The translations under genes were made by a program, and so were the position numbers. From contig JAXHMG010000003.1 of assembly GCA_034521595.1 (NCBI GenBank), forward strand, positions 2,080,001-2,144,000: DNA of 64,000 nt. Direction: 5' to 3'. This stretch comes from Gemmatimonadota bacterium (GTDB lineage: Bacteria > Gemmatimonadota > Gemmatimonadetes > Longimicrobiales > Gaopeijiaceae). The notes beneath the pieces are model-generated. The model ran no database searches. It worked only from the letters and a program-made list of their open reading frames with translations, and was not told where the DNA came from. The stretch's first letter is position 1; every line of letters begins with the position of its first letter. Positions 29,619 through 38,848 of this stretch are shown piece after piece.

Positions 29619-30493
29619 GCTCCGCGACGCGGGAGCTTCGGGAACGCATCGAGCGGTTGACCACACCGGACGCCGCGCCCGGACGGGACGAAGCCCGATC
29701 CGCGGTCGTCGCGCTCCTCGAGGCGCTGGGGAGTGGCCAGGTGCGCGCGGCCGAGCCCGGTCCCGACGGTTGGCGGGCCGTGCCGTGGGTCAAATCCGGG
29801 ATCCTGCTCGCCTTCCGAACCGGAGCGACGCGGGAGTACGTGGCCCATCCGGCCGCGCCGAACCCCGACTTCGGGGGCTCGACGATCCGATTCTTCGACC
29901 GCGATACGCTGCCCCTGCGCGACACCGAAGGCGTCGAGGAGAACGTCCGCATCGTGCCGGGCGGCTCTTCCGTGCGCGCGGGCTCCTACCTCGGCCCGGG
30001 CGTCGTCATGATGCCGCCGGCGTTCGTGAACATCGGCGCCTACGTCGACGAAGGCGCGATGATCGACTCGCACGCCCTCGTCGGCTCCTGCGCCCAGGTG
30101 GGGAAGCGGGTACACCTCTCCGCGGGCGCCCAGCTCGGAGGCGTCCTCGAGCCGGTCGGGCTCCGCCCGGTCGTGATCGAAGACGACGCCATGGTCGGGG
30201 GCAACACCGGGATCTTCGAAGGCACGCTCGTCGGGCGACGCGCGGTGATCGCGCCCGGTGTGCAGCTCACGGCGTCGACGGCCGTCTACGACCTGGTGCG
30301 CGAAGACGTCTACCGGGCCGGAGAAGAGGAGCCGCTCAGCATTCCCGAGGGCGCGGTGGTCGTCCCGGGCTCCCGACCGGCCGAAGGCGGCTGGGCCAAA
30401 GAGCGGGGACTGACGCTCTACGCTCCGGTCATCGTGAAGTACCGGGACGAGCGGACGGACTCGGCCACCGCGCTGGAAGAGGCGTTGCGCTGA
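29615..30493 (+). CDS. dapD: Tetrahydrodipicolinate N-succinyltransferase
   Basis: WVKSGILLAFR, RIVPGGSSVR, FVNIGAYVD, VGSCAQVG and GGVLEP motifs. Confidence 0.94.
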   Translation: MSSATRELRERIERLTTPDAAPGRDEARSAVVALLEALGSGQVRAAEPGPDGWRAVPWVKSGILLAFRTGATREYVAHPAAPNPDFGGSTIRFFDRDTLPLRDTEGVEENVRIVPGGSSVRAGSYLGPGVVMMPPAFVNIGAYVDEGAMIDSHALVGSCAQVGKRVHLSAGAQLGGVLEPVGLRPVVIEDDAMVGGNTGIFEGTLVGRRAVIAPGVQLTASTAVYDLVREDVYRAGEEEPLSIPEGAVVVPGSRPAEGGWAKERGLTLYAPVIVKYRDERTDSATALEEALR

Positions 30494-30529
30494 GAGGCTC
30501 CATGGCGGCCCCGGCCGTCGGGGCCGCGC

Positions 30530-30706
30530 ATGCCCGGTTTGAAGCGCGCCGTCCGAACCTTTTACGCCCGCACCGGAGTCGAGCCGGAGGCGGTGCTGCC
30601 CACGACCCTCGCGGCGATCGGGCTTCGGATGGCGCTGGGCGCCGCGCTCATCCCGGCCCTGCGCGCGTCTCGCGTGGATCCCATGGACGCCCTGCGTTTC
30701 GAGTAG
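30530..30706 (+). pseudogene. Internally collapsed remnant of an ADOP-type ABC permease (58-aa in-frame mini-ORF)
   Basis: MPGLKRAVRTFYARTGVEPEAVLPTTLAAIGLRMALGAALIPALRASRVDPMDALRFE*. This juxtaposes motifs that lie tens of residues apart in the intact paralog (LASIGLYG..., GIRMALGA, LVPAMRATRAEPASALRYE). Confidence 0.75.
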
Positions 30707-30719
30707 TAGCCTACTGGGC

Positions 30720-31076
30720 ATGCGTAACTTCCTGATCCGACTGATCGTCAACGCCTTCGCCCTGTCGGCGGCCGCCTGGCTCCTCGACGGCATCCAGCTC
30801 TCCGGAGCGTTCTTCGACGTCCTCGTCGTCGCGCTGATCTTCGGGCTGCTCAACGCTCTGCTCAAGCCCATCCTCCTGTTCTTCTCCCTTCCCTTCCTCA
30901 TCGTCACCCTGGGGCTGTTCGCGTTCGTAGTGAATGCCATCGTGCTGCTGCTGACCGCCGGTCTCACCGACGCCCTGACCGTCGCGGGATTCGGCTCCGC
31001 GCTCCTCGGTAGCCTCGTAGTGTCGTTCGTGACGCTCATTCTGGGCAGCTTGCTCGAGGACGAACTCAAGGCGTAG
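30720..31076 (+). CDS. Four-TM 'phage holin family' (YvlD-like) membrane protein
   Basis: LIVNAFAL, LLNALLKPIL, TLGLFAFVVNA and GFGSALLGSL motifs. Confidence 0.88.
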   Translation: MRNFLIRLIVNAFALSAAAWLLDGIQLSGAFFDVLVVALIFGLLNALLKPILLFFSLPFLIVTLGLFAFVVNAIVLLLTAGLTDALTVAGFGSALLGSLVVSFVTLILGSLLEDELKA

Positions 31077-31189
31077 CGGCCTGGCGCCGCTCGGCGCCGC
31101 ACCACCCCATCCACCCGGACCGAAACCGACCCCCGTCCCGTCCCGTAGGGCGGTGCGAGCGTGGTTTCGCCCATGGACAGGGGGGTGGC

Positions 31190-33616
31190 ATGACGGGGTT
31201 GATGACGGATGTCCGGTACGCGTTTCGGATGCTCTTCAAGCATCCGGGCGTCTCGGCGATCGCGGTCCTGGCGCTGGGGCTCGGCATCGGGCTCACGGCG
31301 GTCATGTTCAGCATCGTGTACGGCGCGATCATGCGCGGGCTCCCGTTCGAGAACGGAGACCGCATCGTGTCCGTGCACCGTGCCAACCCGTCGATCGGCG
31401 CCGAGAACATGGGCGTCTCGATCCACGACTACGTCGACTGGCGCGAGCAGCAACGCGGGTCCTTCACCCACCTGGCGGCCGCCTACGACGGCACGATCAA
31501 CGTCCGCTGGAGCGACGAGCCGGAGCGGTACTTCGGGTCGTTCCTGACCGCGAACACCTTCCCCGCGCTCGGCGTGGAGCCCGTGGTCGGGCGCGCCTTC
31601 ACGGAGGACGAGGACGAGCCGGGCGCGCCCGCCACGGTGCTCCTCTCGCACCGGGTGTGGATGGACCGCTTCGACGGCGACCCGAACGCCCTCGGCCAGG
31701 TCGTGAAGGTGAACGGCGAGCAGGCCGAGATCATCGGCGTCATGCCCGAGGGGTTCGCCTTTCCGAACAGGTCGGAGCTGTGGGTCCCCCTTCGCATGAA
31801 TCCTCTCGAGATCCCCCGAAACGAAGGCACCTGGCTCACCGTGTTCGGCCCGCTCGCGCCGGGCGTGGACATCGACGCCGCCATGACCGAGATGACGGGG
31901 ATCGCCGGTCGGCTCGCGGCCGAGCATCCGGACACCAACGAAGGCGTGGTGCCCGTCATCCAGCCCTTCACCGAGCGGTACGTCGGCACGGAGGCCACCG
32001 CGCTCCTCTACACGATGCTCGCCGCGGTCTCCCTCGTGCTGTTGATCGCCTGCGCGAACGTCGCGAACCTGCTCCTGGCGCGCTCCGCCCAGCGGACCCG
32101 GGAGGTGGGAATCCGAACCGCGCTCGGCGCGAGCCGGTGGCGCGTGGTGACCCAGCTCGTGCTCGAGGCGCTCGCCTTGTCCCTCGTCGCGACCGTGGTG
32201 GGAACCGCGATCGCCTGGGTGGGCATCGACCTCTTCGACCGCGCCGTGGCGCCCACGAACCCGCCCTTCTTCATGCGCTTCGCGCTCGACGGGCCGATCC
32301 TCCTGTTCATGGTCGCTGCCGCTTCGGCTTCCGCGGTCATCGCGGGAGGAATCCCCGCCCTCAAGGCGTCCGGCATGGACGTGAGCGAAGTCCTCAAGGA
32401 CGAATCACGGGGTTCCTCGAGCCTGCACATCGGCCGGCTCTCGAAGGTGCTCGTCGTGGGTGAGATCGCGATGTCGCTCGGCCTCCTGGTCGGAGCGGGG
32501 CTCATGACGAAGAGCATCACCACCCTGCGCGACTACGACTACGGCTTCGACACCGACGACGTCTTCACCACCCGGCTGGGCCTCTTCGAGGCCGAGTTCC
32601 CGGACGCGACGTCGAGGCGGGCGTTCTACGACGAGCTCGAGCGACGCGTTCGGGAAGCTCCGGGCGTGCGGGCCGCGGCCCTCGGCACGCTGCTCCCGGG
32701 TCTCGGATCGGGGCAGACGCGCATCAGCGTCGAAGGCGTCACCTACTCGGAAGACCGGGACCATCCGCTCGCGCGCAGCGGCTCGGTCAGCCCGGGGTAC
32801 TTCGAGACGGTGGGGGTCAGCCTGATCGAGGGCCGCGACTTCACCGACCTGGACGAGGCCGGCTCGGATCCGGTCGCGATCGTGAACCGCAGCTTCGCTT
32901 CGACGCACTTTCCCGGAGAGCCCGCGGTCGGGCGTCGGCTCAAGCCCGGGCGAAGCGATGCGGACGCGTCCTGGCTCACCATCGTCGGGGTCGCGCCCGA
33001 CCTGTTCATGGAGGGGGTCGGAAACACCGAGGGCGACCCGGAAGGGTTCTACCGGCCGATCGCTCAGAGTGACGCCCGTTTCATGAGCGTGCTCGCGAGA
33101 GGTCCGTTGGAGCCGATGACCCTCACCGAGCCCGTCCGGCGCGCGGTCACCGCCGTCCACTCGGACACCCCCGTGTACTACTCGGCCACGCTCGCGGAGC
33201 GCATCGACGAGAACACCTGGTTCTTCAACGTGTTCGGTTCGCTCTTCGTGGTGTTCGGAGCCGCAGCCCTGTTCCTGGCGTCGATCGGCCTGTACGGCGT
33301 GATGTCGTTCAGCGTCGCGCGCCGCACCTCCGAGGTCGGCATCCGCATGGCGCTCGGTGCCTCGCAGAAGCAGGTGCTCTCGCTCATCCTCCGGCAGGGA
33401 ATCGTACAGATCGGCGTCGGGCTCGTGATCGGGCTCGGTCTCGCGCTGTTGATCGCGCGGGCCCTCAGCACCGCGCTCTTCGAGGTGAGCCCGAACGATC
33501 CCGCCGTCTTCGTCTCCATCATCGTGTTGCTGACCGTCACCGGGGTCGCGGCCACCCTGGTTCCGGCGATGCGGGCCACGCGCGCGGAGCCGGCGAGCGC
33601 GCTACGGTACGAATGA
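31190..33616 (+). CDS. ABC transporter permease, duplicated MacB/FtsX (ADOP) family
   Basis: DVRYAFRML...LALGLGIG, LLIACANVANLLLAR, REVGIRTALGA, IGLYGVMSFSV and ALRYE motifs. Confidence 0.95.
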   Translation: MTGLMTDVRYAFRMLFKHPGVSAIAVLALGLGIGLTAVMFSIVYGAIMRGLPFENGDRIVSVHRANPSIGAENMGVSIHDYVDWREQQRGSFTHLAAAYDGTINVRWSDEPERYFGSFLTANTFPALGVEPVVGRAFTEDEDEPGAPATVLLSHRVWMDRFDGDPNALGQVVKVNGEQAEIIGVMPEGFAFPNRSELWVPLRMNPLEIPRNEGTWLTVFGPLAPGVDIDAAMTEMTGIAGRLAAEHPDTNEGVVPVIQPFTERYVGTEATALLYTMLAAVSLVLLIACANVANLLLARSAQRTREVGIRTALGASRWRVVTQLVLEALALSLVATVVGTAIAWVGIDLFDRAVAPTNPPFFMRFALDGPILLFMVAAASASAVIAGGIPALKASGMDVSEVLKDESRGSSSLHIGRLSKVLVVGEIAMSLGLLVGAGLMTKSITTLRDYDYGFDTDDVFTTRLGLFEAEFPDATSRRAFYDELERRVREAPGVRAAALGTLLPGLGSGQTRISVEGVTYSEDRDHPLARSGSVSPGYFETVGVSLIEGRDFTDLDEAGSDPVAIVNRSFASTHFPGEPAVGRRLKPGRSDADASWLTIVGVAPDLFMEGVGNTEGDPEGFYRPIAQSDARFMSVLARGPLEPMTLTEPVRRAVTAVHSDTPVYYSATLAERIDENTWFFNVFGSLFVVFGAAALFLASIGLYGVMSFSVARRTSEVGIRMALGASQKQVLSLILRQGIVQIGVGLVIGLGLALLIARALSTALFEVSPNDPAVFVSIIVLLTVTGVAATLVPAMRATRAEPASALRYE

Positions 33617-33620
33617 TGAG

Positions 33621-34598
33621 TCAGATAACCAACACCGTGGATCCAACCGTATCCCGCGCTTCGAGCGCGCGGTGCGCGTCCGCCGCTTCCCGCAGCGGGT
33701 AACGGGCCCCGATGTGCGGCTTCACCCGGCCGGACACCACCATGTCGAACAAGGCGGCGCATCCCTCGGCGGTCTCTTCCGCGGTCGCATAGTAATCGCC
33801 CAGCCTCGGCCGGGTGACGAAGAGCGAGCCCCGCTTCGCGAGCTCGAGCGGTGCGAAGGCCGGTACCGCCCCGGAGGCGTTCCCGAAGCTCACCATCATC
33901 CCCCGAGGCCGAAGCGAATCCAGCGAGCCGTCCCAGGTGTCCTTACCCACGGAGTCGTACACCACGTCGACACCCCGCCCGGCCGTGATCTCGCGTACGC
34001 GCTCGGGAACCGACGTGTCCCGGTAGAGGATCGTGTGCGCGCACCCGGCCTCTTCGGCCAATCGGGCCTTCTCCGCCGACCCGACGGTGCCGATGACCGT
34101 CGCGCCGAGCGCGGAGAGCCACTGCGTCGCGAGCAGGCCGACCCCACCCGCCGCCGCATGAAGCAGAACCAGGTCGTTCTTCTTCACCGGCCAGGTTCGG
34201 CGCACCAGGTATTCCACGGTGCAACCCTTCACCATGATGGCCGCCGCCATCTCGTCGGTGATGCCGTCGGGCAGGCGAACGAGGCGCTCGCGCGGCAGCA
34301 CCCGTCCCTCCCGGTAGGCACCTTCGGGACCGTTGGCCGTGTACGCCACGCGCGCACCGACCTCCAGATCGTCGACGCCCTCGCCCACGGCTTCGACGAC
34401 CCCCGCACCTTCGCTTCCCGGAATGAACGGGAGGTCGAGCATGTAGAGGCCGGTGCGGTGGTACACGTCGATGAAGTTGAGGCCCACCGCGGTATGGCGG
34501 ACGAGAACCTCGCCCGGTCCGGGCGTGCCGGGGTCCGCGCGGGCCCACTCCAGCACCTCGGGGCCTCCGTGACGTCGTACGATGATCGCTCCGTCCAT
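33621..34598 (-). CDS. qor: NADPH:quinone oxidoreductase (zeta-crystallin family)
   Basis: GGPEVL, GLNFIDVYHRTGLY, HAAAGGVG, VVYDSVGK and GSLFVTRP motifs; ATG at 34598. Confidence 0.92.
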   Translation of the reverse strand: MDGAIIVRRHGGPEVLEWARADPGTPGPGEVLVRHTAVGLNFIDVYHRTGLYMLDLPFIPGSEGAGVVEAVGEGVDDLEVGARVAYTANGPEGAYREGRVLPRERLVRLPDGITDEMAAAIMVKGCTVEYLVRRTWPVKKNDLVLLHAAAGGVGLLATQWLSALGATVIGTVGSAEKARLAEEAGCAHTILYRDTSVPERVREITAGRGVDVVYDSVGKDTWDGSLDSLRPRGMMVSFGNASGAVPAFAPLELAKRGSLFVTRPRLGDYYATAEETAEGCAALFDMVVSGRVKPHIGARYPLREAADAHRALEARDTVGSTVLVI

Positions 34599-34795
34599 GA
34601 TGTCGCTCGGGTTCGAGTGCGCGTGAGGCTGACGGGACCTACAGTAGCCCCCACCCCGGCGTCGCACCAAACCCCTCGCGGGCGCACACGCACGCAGCCC
34701 TTACGCGACAACGCCGCCGCCCCTACTTTGCAAGATTCCGGTGCCCGGGAATGGCGGCCGGAAACGATGAGACTCTCAACCAATGGAGACACCGT

Positions 34796-36457
34796 ATGCG
34801 CTCCACGCGACCGAGCGGAGGAGTCGGGGCGGTCGTCCTGTCTTTCCTCGCCGTTCTGGCCTTCACCCTCCCCACGTCCGCACAGCAGGATTGGACGGCT
34901 CCGGCCGCGGGCTACCCGCAAACCGCCGCGGAGCTGAATGGGTTCACCGCGCACACGCGTCACCTCGAGATGTGGGACTATCTCGACGAGCTGAGCAGCG
35001 TGGCACCGAACATGAAGCTCGGTTCGTACGGCGAGACACGTGAAGGACGTCAACTGGCGTACGCGGTGTTCGGGAATCCGCTGATCTCCGAGCCCTGGGA
35101 AGCCATGGCGCTGGACAAGCCGGTGCTGGTGCTGGCGGCGAACGTCCACGGGGACGAGCGCACCTTCCGCGAGGGACTCATGATTCTCATGCGGGATTTC
35201 GCCACGCCGGGAACCGAAGCGTACGAGCTGCTCGACGAAGTGACGGTGGTGGTGGTCCCGCAGATCAATCCCGACGGCTTCGAGGCGAGCTTCGAGGGCC
35301 AGCGCGGCAACACCTGGGGGCTCGACCTGAACCGCGACTACGTCAAGCTCGAGCACCCCACCGTCTCCAATTACGTCGAGAACATCATCGGCGAGTGGCG
35401 GCCTCACCTGTTCATCGACGGACACAACGGGGGAGCGCGTCCGTACAACCTCAACTACCAGTGCCCGAGCATCCACGACTCGGCGGCGGAGATCACCGCC
35501 CTGTGTGACGACGAGATCTTCCCGGCCATCGACGAACGTCTCGAAGGCGAGGACTTGCTCGGCTGGTACTACTCGGGCGGCGACGAGGAGGAATGGAGCG
35601 TCGGCGGGTCTCAGGCCCGCATCGGCCGAAACTACGGCGGCATGGTCAACAGCGTCGCGATTCTCTTCGAAGCCCCCTCACAGGAGCTCGAAGTGGGCGC
35701 CCGGGCCGGTTATCTCGGATATCTCGCGGTGGTCGAATGGGCGGCCGAAAACCCCGACCGCCTGATGAACGTGGTCGCGGAGGCCAACCGGGAGACCGTG
35801 GCGATGGGGGCCGAGCCGTCCGGTCAGGTCACCGTCCGACAGGACTACGAGGCTGAAGAGGAGCTCGTGGATTATCTCATCGTCGAGGAGACCAACGGCG
35901 GGTTGGACACCATCCAGGTGACCGACGCTCGGCTCATGAAGCGTCCGGTGGCCCTCGAGACCCGGGACCGGCCGTGGGCCTACGTCCTGCCACGTGACGC
36001 CGAGGCGGCGGTGGACCTCCTCCTCAAGCACGGGATCACCGTGGAGCGCCTGATCGAGCCCGCGGAGGTCACGGTACAGGCCTACACCGTGGAGAACGTC
36101 ACCCACGAGCGGCAATACAACCACGCGGCCGCGACGCTGGTCGACGTGGGCGAGGTGCTGACCCGGGATATGGAGTTCCCGGCCGGAACGTACGTGATTC
36201 CGACGGGGCAGAACCTCGGACGCCTCGTGGCGCACATGCTCGAGGTCGAGACCGAGGACAACGTGGTCTACTGGAACCGGATGGATGCCTGGCTGCCGAG
36301 ACCCGGCACGGACTGGGCCCCCGGCTTCAACAACGACGACCCGGGCCCGCCCCTGGTCCCGATCTACAAGATCATGAGCCCGACGCCGTTGGCCGCGCAC
36401 ATCCTCGACGGAAGTCGGGAGCCGTCGACCACCACGTCCCGCCGCAGCGGAGGATGA
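34796..36457 (+). CDS. Secreted M14-family zinc carboxypeptidase
   Basis: Signal peptide; NVHGDE, NPDG, DLNRD and FIDGH motifs. Confidence 0.88.
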   Translation: MRSTRPSGGVGAVVLSFLAVLAFTLPTSAQQDWTAPAAGYPQTAAELNGFTAHTRHLEMWDYLDELSSVAPNMKLGSYGETREGRQLAYAVFGNPLISEPWEAMALDKPVLVLAANVHGDERTFREGLMILMRDFATPGTEAYELLDEVTVVVVPQINPDGFEASFEGQRGNTWGLDLNRDYVKLEHPTVSNYVENIIGEWRPHLFIDGHNGGARPYNLNYQCPSIHDSAAEITALCDDEIFPAIDERLEGEDLLGWYYSGGDEEEWSVGGSQARIGRNYGGMVNSVAILFEAPSQELEVGARAGYLGYLAVVEWAAENPDRLMNVVAEANRETVAMGAEPSGQVTVRQDYEAEEELVDYLIVEETNGGLDTIQVTDARLMKRPVALETRDRPWAYVLPRDAEAAVDLLLKHGITVERLIEPAEVTVQAYTVENVTHERQYNHAAATLVDVGEVLTRDMEFPAGTYVIPTGQNLGRLVAHMLEVETEDNVVYWNRMDAWLPRPGTDWAPGFNNDDPGPPLVPIYKIMSPTPLAAHILDGSREPSTTTSRRSGG

Positions 36458-36498
36458 CCCCGGCCGGCCGACCACGGCCGGTCACCCGCAACGACGTG

Positions 36499-36534
36499 AA
36501 GGGGGCCGAGCGATCCATCGCTCGGCCCCCTTTC
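36499..36534. terminator. Probable bidirectional intrinsic terminator between convergent genes
   Basis: Perfect inverted repeat AAGGGGGCCGAGCGAT (36499-36514) / ATCGCTCGGCCCCCTT (36517-36532), followed by TCTC. Confidence 0.75.
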
Positions 36535-36575
36535 TCATGGCCCATGAGTGTCGCCGGACGGATCCGTCCGGCAGC

Positions 36576-38750
36576 TCACGCCGGCCGGGAGTCGCGACGG
36601 TCTTGCATCGCTTCCCGAACGCGCGTGGCGAGGCCCTCGAGCGTCCACGGCTTCTCGAGAAAGGTGTGCCTCCCGCCCGCGCGCTCGACGGAAGAGACCG
36701 CCTCGGGGGCATGCCCGCTCATGAAGAGAAAAGGCATGTCCCATCCCCGCTGCCGCACCAGCTCGTAGAGCTCGGTCCCACCCAGCTCGGGCATGATCAG
36801 GTCGGTGATCACCAGATCCCATTCCTCCGGCGCGGCCTCGATCCGCGAGAACGCGGTTCGCCCGTTCTCGACGCTCTGCACCTGGTGACCGAGGCGACGT
36901 AGCGCCCGCTCCGCCGCGCCGCGGAGACGTGCGTCGTCCTCCGCTAGCAAGATGCGTCCCGCACCGTCGGCTGCGTCCCCGTGGCTGCCTTCATCCACCG
37001 CTTCCTCGGCCGGGGCGTCACCGACGGCCTCCGTAGCGGCCGAGGCCGGGGGCAGCACGAGCGAGATGGTCGTGCCCTGTCCTTGAGCGCTCTCGACCTC
37101 GATCGACCCTCCGTGCCGTTCCACGATGGTCCGGACCATGGGTAGCCCGAGGCCGGTGCCCGTCTCTTTCGTCGTGAAGAACGGATCGAAGAGCCGCTCC
37201 AGCGTGGCATCGTCCATGCCGATTCCGGTATCCCGAACCGATATCCGCACCGGGGCGCCGTCCGCCGCAGCCCCGTCGCCTTCCCCGTCCCGCTTATCGG
37301 AGGACACCTCGATCACGACGCGGCCCCCGCTCGGCATCGCATGACCGGCATTCTGCACGAGATTGATGAGCGCATCCTGAAGGAGGTCGGGGTCCGCGTG
37401 CACCACGACGGGTCCCGGACCCACACGCACGTCGAGCTCGACCGACTCGAGCAGGCTCGCGCGAAGGATCCCGCGCATGTCGTCGAGAAGCTCCTCGAGG
37501 TCCGTCGCGCGCAACTCCACGTCCGGCTGCCGCGCCACCCCCAGGAGCCTGGCCACCAGCCCGGAACCCCGGCGCGCCGCGGTGAGGATCTCCTCGACCT
37601 CACCGGCGTCCTCCCCGTCGGACTCGGCCCCTCGGGCGCCGCTCGGGAGCGCCCGTGTGCTCAGGAACTCCGCGTTCACCAGGATGACGTTGAGGAGGTT
37701 GCGGAAATCGTGCGCGACGCCCGCCGCGAGCTGGCCCATCGCGTCCATCTTCTCCGTGAAGCGAAGCCGCCGCTCCAGCGCGTGCTGCACCGTGATGTCC
37801 CGCGCCACCGCGATGAAGTATTCGATGTCGCCTTGCGCGTCGCGGACCGGCGTGATCGACGTCTCCTGCTCGTACAGGTGCCCGTCCTTCCGGCGGTTCA
37901 CCATCACCCCTCGGAACATCCGACCGGCCTCGATGGTCCGCCACAGATCCCGATAGAAAGCCTCGTCCTGCTCTCCGCTCTGCAAGATCCGTGGCGTCGA
38001 GCCGATGGCTTCCTCGGCCGGATACAGGGTGATGCTCGTGAACGCGGGGTTCACGTACTGAATGACGCCGTCGACATCGGTAATGAGAACCGCTTCGCCC
38101 GCCGCGTCCAGCGCGGACGCGAGCAAGGCCTGAAAACGCTCCGCCTCCCGCCGCTGGGTCACGTCGCGAACCACGCCGGAAAGACGCAGCACCGAGCCCT
38201 CGGTGTCCCGCTCCTTCCGCACCCGGATCTCGGTCCACACGACACGCCCGTCCTTGTGGCACCACCGGAGCTCGGTTTCTTCGAGCCCGGAGTCGACATC
38301 CGTCAACAGCCGATCGAGGCCTTCACGGTCCTCGGGGTGCACGGCGGCGAACACCGTCTCCGGGCTCTCGTAGTGCTCGTCGGGCGTATACCCCGCGATG
38401 TCCACGGACGAGGGGCTCACGTACTCGAACGCGAGCTCCGGTCGCACCTGGAGACGAAAGACGAGGTCGGGCACGTTCTCCGTGAGGGTCCTGTGGTCGC
38501 GCGCGCGTGCTTCACGGCGCTCGATCTCACGACGGAGCAGCCAATAGAGGAGCACGCCCGTCACCAGCGCGAACCCCGCGCCCTTCAGCATATTCATCCC
38601 GAGAAGCCACGCGTCGGCACTCCCGGAGTACAGCGCGACCACGAGATCCGTCCCCAGGATCCACGCCATGGCCACCGGTACGTAGATCCAGAAGGCGATG
38701 CGGCGAGCCGCCTTCGAGGGAGACACAGAGCTCACGCGATGCGCGTCCAT
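36576..38750 (-). CDS. Membrane-anchored PAS-PAS hybrid sensor histidine kinase/response regulator
   Basis: Two TM helices, two PAS/PAC domains, AHDFRN H-box, DTGIGM / FFTTK / GTGLGL, and a C-terminal REC domain (LAEDD, TDLIMP). Confidence 0.93.
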   Translation of the reverse strand: MDAHRVSSVSPSKAARRIAFWIYVPVAMAWILGTDLVVALYSGSADAWLLGMNMLKGAGFALVTGVLLYWLLRREIERREARARDHRTLTENVPDLVFRLQVRPELAFEYVSPSSVDIAGYTPDEHYESPETVFAAVHPEDREGLDRLLTDVDSGLEETELRWCHKDGRVVWTEIRVRKERDTEGSVLRLSGVVRDVTQRREAERFQALLASALDAAGEAVLITDVDGVIQYVNPAFTSITLYPAEEAIGSTPRILQSGEQDEAFYRDLWRTIEAGRMFRGVMVNRRKDGHLYEQETSITPVRDAQGDIEYFIAVARDITVQHALERRLRFTEKMDAMGQLAAGVAHDFRNLLNVILVNAEFLSTRALPSGARGAESDGEDAGEVEEILTAARRGSGLVARLLGVARQPDVELRATDLEELLDDMRGILRASLLESVELDVRVGPGPVVVHADPDLLQDALINLVQNAGHAMPSGGRVVIEVSSDKRDGEGDGAAADGAPVRISVRDTGIGMDDATLERLFDPFFTTKETGTGLGLPMVRTIVERHGGSIEVESAQGQGTTISLVLPPASAATEAVGDAPAEEAVDEGSHGDAADGAGRILLAEDDARLRGAAERALRRLGHQVQSVENGRTAFSRIEAAPEEWDLVITDLIMPELGGTELYELVRQRGWDMPFLFMSGHAPEAVSSVERAGGRHTFLEKPWTLEGLATRVREAMQDRRDSRPA

Positions 38751-38848
38751 GTGAGGATGGATCCCTCCGGTACGATCGGGGGGATGACAGATCCCTTACA
38801 GTACCGGCAATGCCCCCTCGACGCACGCCTCGTCTCATGCATCCGGCA

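Noticed and set aside
30720-31076. 'Phage holin' gene as evidence of a prophage
   Set aside because: This 4-TM family is commonly chromosomal, and there are no phage structural, lysin or integrase genes nearby.
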